Of a stretch of 61,007 bases of DNA, positions 47,167 to 58,390 are shown piece by piece. How positions within the stretch are numbered: the stretch's first letter is position 1; each line of letters opens with the position of its first letter. The notes below the pieces were generated by a model, which worked only from the letters and a program-made list of their open reading frames with translations, did not search any database and was not told the origin of the DNA. The DNA lies in the IMG/VR virus record IMGVR_UViG_3300028610_000483, positions 1-61,007 of that record; one strand, written 5' to 3'. The stretch comes from a virus (lineage: Duplodnaviria > Caudoviricetes). The position numbers were made by a program, and so were the translations under genes.

Positions 47167-47842
47167 ATTTCGGTATCCTATAGGTCTATATGTAGTATTG
47201 GTAGATTCGAAAGAAGTGGATAACATCTGTTATCCGAGTGGAACACTTTTCAGTATTCACCTTCACTGGCATATAGATAACACTGCATGGTATGGAATTG
47301 GTCATTACAAGGAACCTAGAATTGTTTTTGCGGTTAGGGAAAATGAAATAACTCAAGCTAGACCTTGTAAAAACCCAGGAGATTACTTTGAAACATTACA
47401 GGAATTCTTTCAACGTGATGATCGTTATTCGGAGGATACTATGAGTGAGAGTGGCTTTGGTGGTATTAAAGATTCAGGACAAAGAGAAGAGTTTGACACA
47501 GGCAGTGTAAGAGACACCAGTGAGGGTAAACCTCGTTACGATCTGATTAGTCCGATTGCGTTACATCGGTTGGCTATGCATGTCGCAGCAGGAGCTAAGA
47601 AGTATGGAGATCGTAATTGGGAGAAGGGTCAACCCCTCCAACGATATATTGAGAGTCTTGAGCGTCACCTTCAGAAAATGAAGATGGGTGCTACAGACGA
47701 AGACCATGAGGCGGCTGTCATGTGGAATATTATGGCATTCATACATACCAAGAAGATGATTAAATCTGGTGTGCTATCTAACGATTTAGATAATCTTCCG
47801 ATGTATCCTAGTGTGGTAATTGACGAGATTGTAGGAGAGTAG
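47150..47842 (+). CDS. dATP/dGTP diphosphohydrolase domain protein (DUF5664-like); strong internal start at 47441
   Basis: TGSVRD..EGKPRYDLI, GAKKYGDRNWEKG, SLERH, EDHEAAV; GGAGG RBS before MSESG. Confidence 0.85.
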   Translation: MENETKFRYPIGLYVVLVDSKEVDNICYPSGTLFSIHLHWHIDNTAWYGIGHYKEPRIVFAVRENEITQARPCKNPGDYFETLQEFFQRDDRYSEDTMSESGFGGIKDSGQREEFDTGSVRDTSEGKPRYDLISPIALHRLAMHVAAGAKKYGDRNWEKGQPLQRYIESLERHLQKMKMGATDEDHEAAVMWNIMAFIHTKKMIKSGVLSNDLDNLPMYPSVVIDEIVGE

Positions 47843-47843
47843 T

Positions 47844-49760
47844 ATGATTAACTCAGTTAAAAACTTTGTCAAACAGTTAGTGACTAAAGACTATTGGAAA
47901 TGTGACTACTGTAGAGTCATTAAATTCTATGAACAAGAAGTGTTCTGTTGGAATTGTAAGATAGGTCAGATGCTTTATCAAGGAGGTCAGACAATGACTC
48001 AGTTTAAACGGATTGTTAATAAATTTTTAGAAACAGTTTTCATGTCTACTATTTACGCATTGCTTATTGCCGCTGTTCTCGCATTAGTTACGATGATATG
48101 GTGGTTGTTTGGATTCCTTACTTCTATTGGTGTAGATGCGTTACGACATGGTTGGTCTATTGGAGGTCGATTATTATGATTCAACAGACTATAGTTGGGT
48201 TATTAGGAATATTATGGATTGTGTTTGCGATTGGGGATGATAGACGTATGAAAAATAAAGTTCGACGACAAAGACGCGAAGCAGAAGAACAAGGATTAAC
48301 ACTGTAATGAATAACTACTTTCCAACATGGATGTGTGGTTGTGGATGGACGAATGGTGTTAACCTGTATCAATGTGCTCGTTGTAATCGTCTACCTGACG
48401 AATACTGTGTGCAGGGCGAGTTTGAGAAACTTTGTGACTCTGAATTACGTCTACGAACCTGGATACAAAAAGTAGCAAACAGCGAGATTGGTATGTTTGG
48501 AATTGAGCAGAAGGCCAAAAACTTACTTGAGGGACAATCAAATGCCTAAACACACGTTAACACTTTGGTATAGTTTACTAGATGATCAAGCTGGCGGTTG
48601 TGCGTTTCACTTATTTGAATCAAAAGAGTTATGTCAAATTGACCAGGAAAATAATATATACAACGATGATAATATCGGTATCGGTGTGGACTGTATTGTT
48701 GTAGAATCAGACTCTCTGATGGCAGTAAAAAACACTGTTGTAACAGTTAACGATGAAATTAAAGACTTAGAAAAACAAATAGTATGCCCTTATAATCAAC
48801 ACGTCCAAATGCAGGTGAGAATGAAAAAACGTTTACGTGCAGTGAAAAAACTGAAAGAGAAGACCGATGCCTCATCCTGAATTTAATACCTTAAGTAAGC
48901 TGCCAACATATATGAGAACTCGTGTATGGATTGAAAGTAACATTCATTACGAAGAACATGAAGGTGTTCATACATACCATCAATGTGAGTGTGACCGTAT
49001 GGCTGCTAGGTCTTCAATGTGTGCGTTGTGTTGGAAGGATTTACTCGAACAGATTCCAACGAAATTTTCAATTCAAGATATTGAAAAGGCATTCTGGAAC
49101 ACATTTCATCAGGGGGGTGAAATATTCTTTTCCTATCAAGGTAGTGAAGAAGAAAATGAAAGCTCAACGACTGAATGGTGGAATGATTTTAAACAAAGCT
49201 TAGAACGAGGTAAGAAATGAATACATTACGCAGAACAGGTCGAACAACTCGGATGTTAGAAGAAGCATTACGGTTACATTATAAGGAAGGAAAAGAAGTT
49301 TGGATAATTGCTAAAGATACCCAACAAATACAGTTATTTAAAGACAGGCTATATCCAGAAACAGGAGTAAACATTGCAGGGCCTTTACAAGTTAATTTTT
49401 CTATGGGTCGTTACTTTATTCGAAATGCGTCAATACATGCTACAATCTTAGTTGACCATTCTGTTATAGAGATGGATTTTCACGGTTTACTAACTGAACT
49501 TCATAAATACGACGAGGAATAATATGAGTGAACTAACAGCTCTTCGATTTGAACTACAAGATGTAATAGATACCTTAGAGAGTGTCATGCCTATTGTCAA
49601 TCTAGTTAACGAGAAGTATGAACAGACGATGGATAACAGTTTCTATATTTCATTTTCGAGTGTAGAAGTATTCTGGCACGATTTGATGGCCTTAACACAT
49701 GACTATCGTGTAACTAAAGGATTAAAGGTTGCTAATGTCATTTGTAAACGATCTGAGTGA
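47844..49760 (+). other. Cluster of small hypothetical ORFs, several Cys-rich or TM; 49217..49522 has a P-loop-like RRTGRTT
   Basis: Coupled short ORFs on the coding strand. Confidence 0.65.
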
Positions 49761-50052
49761 CGCAGAACTCGTAACGCTGTATCAGAGTGATTCATCTGAG
49801 GCGGCTTTGGAGTTACTTTCTCGCTATGCCCCTTTGAGAGAATCGTTATTGAAGTCTCTTAAACAATCAGGGCAATCAAAACGTTTATTCCATGAAATGC
49901 AGGATCATCGGTCTGAATTTAATGTAATCTTTTTACAATCATGTAAGAAATACAAAGCAGGACATATGGATTTTCGAGGTTACATTAACAGTCAAGTAAA
50001 AATGCATTTCAAAGCTTACTTGAGAAAATACTATCGAGATGGGAGACACTAA
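49735..50052 (+). CDS. Sigma70 region-2-like protein, lacking region 4
   Basis: LSDAELV...AALELLSRYAPL...FLQSCKKY...FRGYI...FKAYLRK matches the ECF/SigH region 1.2-2 pattern. Confidence 0.65.
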   Translation: MSFVNDLSDAELVTLYQSDSSEAALELLSRYAPLRESLLKSLKQSGQSKRLFHEMQDHRSEFNVIFLQSCKKYKAGHMDFRGYINSQVKMHFKAYLRKYYRDGRH

Positions 50053-50364
50053 TGAAACATATATCCTTAACAGAGTTTCGAGAAGCAGGTTATCTTCAAG
50101 AGGTTAATCGTCAATTTTTTCATCCTCTTGGTCTTGCATTTTCAGTAACCATTGACGCAATAACAAAAGAAGTCCGATTTGATGGTATACTCGATCATCG
50201 TGACGATCCAGAAGGTGTGATCTTTAGTGAAACAGAAGTAACTAAACCAGAATTTATTGATAATAGTCTTAATATCGACCACGAACAAGTTAAGTATGGA
50301 ATGGCACGAAGAAAAGGTTTAGGATTTATCATTCAACCTGTTGATCCAACAAAGGAATCAGAAG

Positions 50365-50739
50365 ATGCAACCCTCAGAGATTGAAGAACGTTTACATTGG
50401 CTCGTTGGTCAGATTACTCAGGCAGCTAGACAGGCTGAAACCTTGAAGTTTACGTGGGAATCAGCAAAAGTGCAACAGAAGCAGCTTGAAGCTGATAGCC
50501 GTATACAACATAGACTAGCAGTAGTTAAATCGCTAGGTAAAAAACCTACCGATAAAGACCTTGAAGCATTCCTTGATACAGTATGTGTCACTGAACGTTT
50601 GGCTTTGATCGGCATGGAATCAGCTTATCGTCAGGCCATGATAGATGTAGGAGGATTTGAGAACGAATACAACGCACTCAAAAAGATCGTTGCTCTTCGA
50701 GTCTCAGAAATGCAACACGCAAGTTTTTCAGAAAAGTAG
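50365..50739 (+). CDS. Coiled-coil protein, possibly a UvsY-like recombination mediator
   Basis: All-helical, with KKPTDKDLEA turn; resemblance only. Confidence 0.35.
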   Translation: MQPSEIEERLHWLVGQITQAARQAETLKFTWESAKVQQKQLEADSRIQHRLAVVKSLGKKPTDKDLEAFLDTVCVTERLALIGMESAYRQAMIDVGGFENEYNALKKIVALRVSEMQHASFSEK

Positions 50740-50790
50740 CTTATACTACTTTACAGCAGAAACACTTACTGTTTCGTCAGGGGATAAATC

Positions 50791-52772
50791 GTGATAATGA
50801 ATATAAGTAGTATTTTAGCTGTAGGAATTTCTGTGTTTATCTTTGCATACTACTTTTATTGCTTACACGTAATACGGCAAAGATCAAACGTAGACGAATA
50901 CCAGGAGGCGCATATCGTGAAAGACGGCCCATTTAAAGGATACATAATCAATGATAGTTCAGGCAATGGGTCTGAACGAACATGGTTACTAGCACATGAA
51001 GGACATCGGCTTGAATATCGTGATAAAGCATTATTCTCGCCTAATAAAACACATCGTCTTATGGCTTGTCATACCTGTAAACAGTTGTTGATGATGAGTA
51101 TTGTTGTTCATCGGGAGATATAAACAATGAAGATTCAACGAATGGAACACACGGTAGGTTTATTCATTAATAATCAGTATAGTATATGGGTTGAAAACTT
51201 ATGGCCTGATTTAATAAGATACTTGTTTCGTAGACAGGATTGGTCAATGTTTTCTTTAGTAGACTTTACACATGCAGCATTCAAGTCAATTGACACATGG
51301 CATGTCACAACAGCCTTACTAGGTTTTCGACTCATCATAAAGCGTGATGAAGATTTTACTTTAGACAAAGGCAAAGCAACATGATCAAAAGACTCTCAAA
51401 TCTTTTACACAAATACAACTCACAGTTTCTTAAATGTTATAGATGTAAGATTGTTTACGAAAATGATATTATCCCTTTACAAATGAGTGGTTGTTATGTT
51501 GGGTGTCCTGAATGTGGACAACCATTAACTAGTTACCATCCATCTACACTAGAACTCAAGGAGTATCAAAATGGACTCCACAAGTGATCCTCTTGAAGGT
51601 TTAGAACCAGACGAGAGACAGGCTGACTTTATGCTCTGTGAATGGATAGACGGACATGCTATATCTCGTTCTGACATGGAGGCAGGTAAACAACATGCAT
51701 TACTATTACGCGATCAACTTGTTGCTTGTCGTCGTGAGGTAAAAAACTTAGAAAAATCCTGTCAGGTCAATCAGTTCATTGCTAGTATCTATCTGGCTGG
51801 ATCAAAGATCAAAGCGTTGAAACAAGAACTCACCGAGGCACAGGGACAGCTTGGACGAAACAATGCCTTGAAGAACACCGTCAAAGAAGTACACGACATT
51901 CACGTAGAATTATTGAGAGGGCAGATTTCAGACCGCAACGAGGAAAATGATACACTGCGCGAGGCGTTGGAGCATAAACAAGAAGCGTTAGCACAATATG
52001 GACAACATAATCCAATCTGTCCAGCACACCATAAACATAATGATGGTGTGACTGAAGACAGTAAGTGTTACCCTCACATTTGTGGCCTCAGTGCCACCTT
52101 AAAGGAGTATAAAGACAATGAAAATCAATCGTGATCCTTTGATTATTGAATTTAAGCATACGTCCATATCATTCCGTAATGATTGGTATTGTATGTGGCT
52201 ACACCGTTCAAAACTAGGTAAGTTCAACTGGTTAAATTTTAGTCTAATCACAATTGAATTTGAACGTGCTTACTACATAGGAAAATACGCAACTTTAGAT
52301 ATTACCCTTATGGGGCTAGGAATATATTTCCAATGGAATTGGGCCACAGAAGAAGAACAAAAAGCATGGATGAAGGAGATTATAGAAGATGAATGAACCA
52401 GAACAACCTCAACAGAACGAACCTGATAAGACAGAAGAACAACAAAAACCGTTGAACGTGAGTGAGATTCGGGCGAACTATGGGATTGGAACAGGTTATA
52501 GGTATTGGGTAGGCAGACGTTTCAGTTGGTTAGCAGCTAATGAGTGGATGCCAGGAAGCAATGCATTTCGTTTCTTTGTCGTAGGACTTCAATTTTCAAA
52601 ACGTAGGCTTCGACTGCATCTAGCTTTGCTTGGATTTTCAATCGGTCTGGCGTGGTATTTCCCTCCAAAAAATGACATCCCTGATCCTCAAGACCTGATG
52701 AGAGAAATTGCTAAAGCCGAAGGTCTATTACCTCATCTTGAACCCGACACTGAAGGAGAGAGCCAGAGCTAA
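50791..52772 (+). other. Final cluster of small hypothetical ORFs of the plus arm
   Basis: ORF track entries 50791..51123 through 52389..52772. Three (51127, 52118, 52389) share an aromatic beta-strand LLGF/LMGL pattern. Confidence 0.65.
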
Positions 52773-52913
52773 ATCTTCAGCCAAACGTTCATCGTCAAAC
52801 TCTAAAGGAAAGTCTGTTATGGCATCTGATTCTCGTGTTTTTAAACGAACCTTCCATTTACCTGCAACTTCGTTATAGTAATGTGAGTATTCTCTTGCCA
52901 TGATTACATCCAT
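52728..52913 (-). CDS. Small protein, last gene of the late arm; overlaps the convergent ORF by 45 bp
   Basis: TAATG coupling to 52913..54922. Confidence 0.6.
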   Translation of the reverse strand: MDVIMAREYSHYYNEVAGKWKVRLKTRESDAITDFPLEFDDERLAEDLALALSFSVGFKMR

Positions 52914-54922
52914 TAGGTTAATGTCAATTCAGCTTCGCTGATAACAAGCTTATCAACGACGCCACTGATGCTACCGGCTGTGCCTGCATCAATTAATACA
53001 AACGGACTCACAGTAAACTCGGCTGCTTCCCCACCTAGCGCAGCCAGTTGAACCTGTGTCACGTTATACCCATCAATCGCTGTTCCAATACTCGATATAG
53101 GAAACTCAACCTCGCTCGTTAACACAGACGAGATAAACGTATTTGGTTCTGCGCCGACCCCAATACTATCAGGTGTCAATGGAAAGATTAAAGTCTTAGG
53201 GGTTACACCGTCTGAAATATTCAAGATCACAGCTAACCGAACAAATCCTGTAGGAACAACACTCCCAAACTTCACTAACAACTTACTTGATCCTGTTAAC
53301 GTAGGATTTGGATTATCTGCGGTGCCAGGATTATACGTTAATAAAGCTTCACCCTGCCTCCGAACTGGATTACCCTCGACTGTCTCTAAAAATGATTCAC
53401 AATCAAACACCGCATTACCTAACGATGCAGGACTATTAATATCAATCGTTGCTTCTTCCCCAACTGAACCCTTGACAGTGCTGGCCCATACGTTCTGCTG
53501 ACCTGTATAGGTATCAAACACTTGAGCTTTGGTATCTGATGCTGTCTCAAGTAATCCAGCGTTAAAATCTTCAACAAACTTATTGAACCTCATCGTTACT
53601 TTGTCTATCGCCCAACGTAACGTCGGTTGAGCCGGATAATTTGTGCCAAGAATGAGAATACGATTCAAAAACACACCATCAGTGCTGATGGTTCCGTCAT
53701 AGAAATCCAATAATGACTGTCCGAACACACCTTCCATAATATCAAACAACTGCATGGACACATTCCCATTAAAAAACGCTGGCGTCACCTCGACATTGCC
53801 TGCATTCGGAAACCGAGGGGTATTAATCCAATGAATCAGACGAAACGTAAAGTTTGCTGTGTCATTAAATTCATGTCCTACAGGTAGGTAAGGTTTAAAC
53901 CATAATTCAATACGAGCAAATGGATCAAATGCACCTGTGCCACCAGGGTTGCCTTCAAACTCAGAGTAAAATTCAAATGATGAACTCGGTAACACACGCA
54001 TTTGTCGAGCATACTCATTGACAGCCAACCGCCATGCCGCAGAATCAACGGCCTCTGGTAATACGTCAATCGACGACATGAGTTTAAAAAAGGTAGGGGC
54101 AAAACCAAAGGTTTTTAATTCACCCACATACCAACTCAACTGACCAACAGCACTCGAACTTGCTGGATTAACATCTAACGGCCCAAGCACCATACCCTGA
54201 CTCGCATTCAACAATGTTTCAAAAGGAGGTAAGAGCTGACCATGCGTAAACGTATCAAACTCATTCGGGTCAATTTCCCAAATACCTTCATCAGCAAGAA
54301 ACCTACCTCCGAGAAAAAAGTTATCTGCACCCGTTGAACCTGTTGATGATGTTTCAGGCGTATCAACAGGAGCAATAAAATCTTCGAAAAACAGTTCGTC
54401 AGGTATCTCTTGATTCAACTTTGCAAAGAGAAAATCATAGACAGGTTTCAGATGCCGTAAATCTTCGATGTGCATAAACCGAATACGAGTTCGACCAACA
54501 ACGAGTGTTGGATCAATAAACGTTGTTTGTTCGGTAGCAATCGCCTCAAGACTTGGGGTAGTTGTAAAATAGTCTTCCTTAACAAATGAGAAACCAGAGA
54601 CAGGTAGAGCGACAAAGAGTTCTTCAAATGTCAGAAGGACATCTCGGATAGACTCACGTATTTCATCAATCCAGGGTTTACGGAACTGAAGATGCTGTAT
54701 ACCACTAGTAATCTCATTCCGAGTAGTCGCACTAATCGGAACCATAGGTGTAATTCCGACTCCATTGGCTAAAGCAAACGCAGCCAACTCAGTAATTCGA
54801 TCATTTACGTAGTCAATGATTTCAGTCAGGTGAGTCGCTCGAAGACGATAGTTCAAAGCATTCAGAGGGTCTTCTGTCCAGAACCCTAAGTCTGTGTTGC
54901 AGAGTGGACACTTCGCAGCCAT
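52913..54922 (-). CDS. Putative tail-tip / receptor-binding protein
   Basis: GGAGG RBS; N-terminal CPLC and xRxxH/WIxExR repeats; large beta-rich C-terminus. Confidence 0.55.
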   Translation of the reverse strand: MAAKCPLCNTDLGFWTEDPLNALNYRLRATHLTEIIDYVNDRITELAAFALANGVGITPMVPISATTRNEITSGIQHLQFRKPWIDEIRESIRDVLLTFEELFVALPVSGFSFVKEDYFTTTPSLEAIATEQTTFIDPTLVVGRTRIRFMHIEDLRHLKPVYDFLFAKLNQEIPDELFFEDFIAPVDTPETSSTGSTGADNFFLGGRFLADEGIWEIDPNEFDTFTHGQLLPPFETLLNASQGMVLGPLDVNPASSSAVGQLSWYVGELKTFGFAPTFFKLMSSIDVLPEAVDSAAWRLAVNEYARQMRVLPSSSFEFYSEFEGNPGGTGAFDPFARIELWFKPYLPVGHEFNDTANFTFRLIHWINTPRFPNAGNVEVTPAFFNGNVSMQLFDIMEGVFGQSLLDFYDGTISTDGVFLNRILILGTNYPAQPTLRWAIDKVTMRFNKFVEDFNAGLLETASDTKAQVFDTYTGQQNVWASTVKGSVGEEATIDINSPASLGNAVFDCESFLETVEGNPVRRQGEALLTYNPGTADNPNPTLTGSSKLLVKFGSVVPTGFVRLAVILNISDGVTPKTLIFPLTPDSIGVGAEPNTFISSVLTSEVEFPISSIGTAIDGYNVTQVQLAALGGEAAEFTVSPFVLIDAGTAGSISGVVDKLVISEAELTLT

Positions 54923-55024
54923 ACCAATACCTCCAAAAACCCCCTAAATTGGCTGAAAAATGCCTAGTAGGTGGGGATATCTCTATTTTTAGGTGTCCTA
55001 GCACCTGTTTCCCAAATCAAGCCC

Positions 55025-55396
55025 TTACGCAGCATATACAGCAAAAAACTTCCAACGACCATCGACAGGATCACTGATCACTTCAGGACGAAGCACAGAC
55101 TCGGTTACACCGTCTGTTATGATGGTTTCATCAACATCAATCACACCTGGAAGCACTTCGCCTACACCTGGGGATGTGGCTTTTGGTAGCTGACCTGCAT
55201 TCTGAAGAAACTCAGTATCTTGCATTTCTGTCAACGCAAGTCGAGCACCGCTTGGTTGGGTTGCTGATGGGCGATCAATAATAGCACGAACAGCGTTTTC
55301 AAGTTCTGCAATACGACTTTGTAAGAGTCGAATTTGTTGCTGCTGATCTCGAACAGTGCCACGTTCATATTCAAATTCTCGTTCTTCCCTACCCAT
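55025..55396 (-). CDS. Small tail protein with a coiled coil
   Basis: IRLLQSRIAELE; AAGGAG RBS. Confidence 0.6.
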   Translation of the reverse strand: MGREEREFEYERGTVRDQQQQIRLLQSRIAELENAVRAIIDRPSATQPSGARLALTEMQDTEFLQNAGQLPKATSPGVGEVLPGVIDVDETIITDGVTESVLRPEVISDPVDGRWKFFAVYAA

Positions 55397-55406
55397 AACC
55401 TACTCC

Positions 55407-58388
55407 TTAACTACATTCAAACTGTGGTCGATCTGTATCGTTCGTTCGACTGAAGTTTTTACTCCGTCGAAACGCTCGAAAGTTTTCTACTTGTAACGTT
55501 GCCAAGAACGATCCTCCACTAAAATTAATACGAGTTACATTCAAAGGAAAACCTGAGTTGTCTTTAAACACGTTACCACTAGCATCTAGGGTGTTGTCAA
55601 GATTAATACGCTTAGACAAATCAAGTCCATAGAAATCTTGAGCATCAAAAATAACAGATACAGCACCATCAGTTTTTGGATCATTTAAACGACTCAGCAT
55701 TAATTTTGCTACATCTTCTGCAAATTCTGTATCATCAAATCCATGTTCTCGAAACGACTGAAGATTACCATCTACAAATTCTCGAAATGTAAACTGCTCT
55801 CGAATACCCAACGATGATAAAACAACTCGTCGTTTGGCTCCTGCACCGCCATTGCCGACAAACGGCACATCAAATATAGTTGGATTCGTGTCAAGAGCTA
55901 TCGTAGACTTTTGAAAGTATCGAACATCAACACGTGGTTTAAGTAGTTTCACACCACGGATGTTGGTCATATAACCATTTTCCAAATCAGCATCAATAAT
56001 GATCGCCATTGGACGAGCAAAACGAATCACACCACATCGACTATCGAATTCCCATCCACGTTCTTTCCACGGATAAGGCCACGGCTTATTCAGCCCACGT
56101 TTTGTGAGTTGTGTGCCTGCACCATAGCTAACAGTATAGGCCCATACATCAGTTAATACAGACAAGCTTGAAGAATCAGCGAGAACTGATCCTTCTTCCC
56201 ACCCTGGAATTTTAAAAGCTCGTAATACATCTCGAACATCGTTATCTCGTGTGCCTCCGGTAATACCAAGATTTAAAATCTGTCGTTGAGGATCATTAAA
56301 AACACCAAAAATCCTATTTAATACTCCACTCGTAGGGTTCGCAGGCCCCGTCCATGCAGGTATGAGTTGTTTGTCAAATAAACTGACTTCCCGAAATGAT
56401 GAAAACTCTCGTGCAGAACGTGTTCCTAACACAACCTCTGCTTCAGTTGTCAAATCTGTCGTATCATTTAAACGACCAAAGGAAAAGTCAACAACATCAA
56501 ACAAATCCGTTTGACGACCTGTTTGTTGTAACGGTAGATTAACTAACGTGCCAGTGCCTAACTCATAAATTTCTAAAACTTTTTCTGGTGTGACCGTCCA
56601 CTGAAAATTACCACCTTCATCAAGAATCTGTGTTAACAACTGACCTTGAGGTATGCCTTGTAGCTCAACAGGTTCTAAGACAATCGGAAGATTAGGCACA
56701 CCTGTAAAACTAGTGATATGACCGGCAGTTACCATGTCAGCAAGTAGTGCTGACAAAGCATCATCTAATGTAGGACGAACTGTGTCAAAACCATAGGCAA
56801 AATCTTGTAATTCATTCTGAATTTTAAATCGAGCATCTTCAGCATATACGGTTACTGACTCAGCATTCAGACTGACTCCCTGTAAACGTCTAACAAATCC
56901 TGAATACTTGAGTATATCATTGTAGAAAATTTCAACAACATCTCCATCAGCAATAGGTGATGCAGCTCCGGCAATCGTCCGATTGAAATCGTCAGGACGC
57001 CGAGCTATTCGAAATGTTGCTGTGGCAACTTCTTCATTTGCCGTCCAGTTCCATTCAAGCGTTGAACGATCAACATCTTCAATAAACACACCGGCAATTT
57101 TCACACGAAGAGCATCAAGACCGGCTGACGTAGGAACAGCTTGTGTTTTGAAACGTATATCCTGTGCTGCATCGTCTAACGTATTTCCTTTAAATCGAAT
57201 GTCTTGATCAAAATCTAAAATCAACGGTGCAAGAAATCGAATGTCTTGTGTAGCATCATCAAATTGTCCATTACTGAATCGAATGTCTTGAACAACGTCT
57301 GCTAAGATTGGACCTTGAGTTCGAATGTCTTGAGTCACATCATCAAACTGAGCTGTTACAAATCGAATATCTTGAATTAGATCAACAAGTTTCCCACGAT
57401 CAGTTCGAATATCAAACGTCACATCCTCAATCACTTCTTGAAAAAATCGAATATCTTGGCGAAGATCACGTAATACTTCAATCTCATCAACAAATCGAAT
57501 GTCTTGCGTAGCGTCTGCAAATACGGTGAGTCGATTTCGTATATCCTGAATCACATCCCGAAGAATTGAGAATGAACCTAAAAATCGAATATCTTGAGTA
57601 ATATCTGTGTCAACATTGTCTTTAATAAAACGAATGTCTTGAGTAATATCGTCGAGCTGAGGTTTTCGAGTGCGAATGTCTTGTGTAGCATCAATAAACG
57701 AAAGGGTGCCTGCTGTCAGAAAAAATATTGAGTATGCATAGTCACTTACATCATCTGCGGGGGTATCTCTACCACGAACACGAAACCAATAGTAAACATC
57801 AAATCCTGCATCAAGTTCGTCACCGGCTTGTGTATCGTGGCGAACTTCATTCCCTTGAACAGCAGCAGGTAGACCACCCGCTGGAAAAGCTAAAAAAGTG
57901 CCTAGTCCATCACTATCATATGTCCAACCTGTCTGACTAACTTCTGTGTCTCTATCTAAAAAAGGTGATGGGAATAAAGGATCACTATCAACCTGAAGTT
58001 CAAAATGAATATTATCATTCTCAGGATCAATACCAGAATCAAACTGATACTGTGGAGTTGTATCACCATTAGCTAAAAGAGGAATAGTGCTGTTGATGGT
58101 AAAAAAACCTAAGTCGCTAAAAGCCCCTTCGGTAATAACATGTCCAGCATCTCGTGTTCGCACACGGACATACTTAATCCCATTTGTTAAAGCAGGACTA
58201 ACTTGATCTTCAGACACACCACTCGTCACATCACCGCTGTCATATTCAGGTGAACCACCATCTGAAATAAACTCCGGCGACGAATCAATCTGCACCTGAT
58301 ACCCTACTTGAGCATCAAGTTCAGGATCATTATGTGTCCAAGTAATCTTAGGTGTTGTATCTGTAAAATGTCCAAGAAAACTTGCCAT
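55407..58388 (-). CDS. Large tail-tip protein: Fn3-like domains, 13 QDIRF repeats, baseplate-hub (Tal)-like C-terminus
   Basis: TPKITW, YVRVRTRD, FRVRGRD; repeats; ATATFRI...GDVVEIF...YSGFV...VYAED. Confidence 0.75.
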   Translation of the reverse strand: MASFLGHFTDTTPKITWTHNDPELDAQVGYQVQIDSSPEFISDGGSPEYDSGDVTSGVSEDQVSPALTNGIKYVRVRTRDAGHVITEGAFSDLGFFTINSTIPLLANGDTTPQYQFDSGIDPENDNIHFELQVDSDPLFPSPFLDRDTEVSQTGWTYDSDGLGTFLAFPAGGLPAAVQGNEVRHDTQAGDELDAGFDVYYWFRVRGRDTPADDVSDYAYSIFFLTAGTLSFIDATQDIRTRKPQLDDITQDIRFIKDNVDTDITQDIRFLGSFSILRDVIQDIRNRLTVFADATQDIRFVDEIEVLRDLRQDIRFFQEVIEDVTFDIRTDRGKLVDLIQDIRFVTAQFDDVTQDIRTQGPILADVVQDIRFSNGQFDDATQDIRFLAPLILDFDQDIRFKGNTLDDAAQDIRFKTQAVPTSAGLDALRVKIAGVFIEDVDRSTLEWNWTANEEVATATFRIARRPDDFNRTIAGAASPIADGDVVEIFYNDILKYSGFVRRLQGVSLNAESVTVYAEDARFKIQNELQDFAYGFDTVRPTLDDALSALLADMVTAGHITSFTGVPNLPIVLEPVELQGIPQGQLLTQILDEGGNFQWTVTPEKVLEIYELGTGTLVNLPLQQTGRQTDLFDVVDFSFGRLNDTTDLTTEAEVVLGTRSAREFSSFREVSLFDKQLIPAWTGPANPTSGVLNRIFGVFNDPQRQILNLGITGGTRDNDVRDVLRAFKIPGWEEGSVLADSSSLSVLTDVWAYTVSYGAGTQLTKRGLNKPWPYPWKERGWEFDSRCGVIRFARPMAIIIDADLENGYMTNIRGVKLLKPRVDVRYFQKSTIALDTNPTIFDVPFVGNGGAGAKRRVVLSSLGIREQFTFREFVDGNLQSFREHGFDDTEFAEDVAKLMLSRLNDPKTDGAVSVIFDAQDFYGLDLSKRINLDNTLDASGNVFKDNSGFPLNVTRINFSGGSFLATLQVENFRAFRRSKNFSRTNDTDRPQFECS
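57150..57700 (-). repeat. 13 intragenic 14-16-aa repeats, consensus D-x-x-Q-D-I-R-F
   Basis: Counted in the translation; recurring CGAAT(G/A)TCTTG on the plus strand. Confidence 0.92.
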
Positions 58389-58390
58389 TA

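Noticed and set aside
47150-47842. Z-genome (2-aminoadenine) or 7-deazaguanine modification system
   Set aside because: The diphosphohydrolase is present, but no purZ, datZ, folE/queCDE or dpdA homologue was recognised.
57150-57700. CRISPR array or DGR repeat
   Set aside because: The repeats are short, degenerate at synonymous positions and in frame within a 993-aa ORF. No reverse transcriptase or TR/VR pair was seen.
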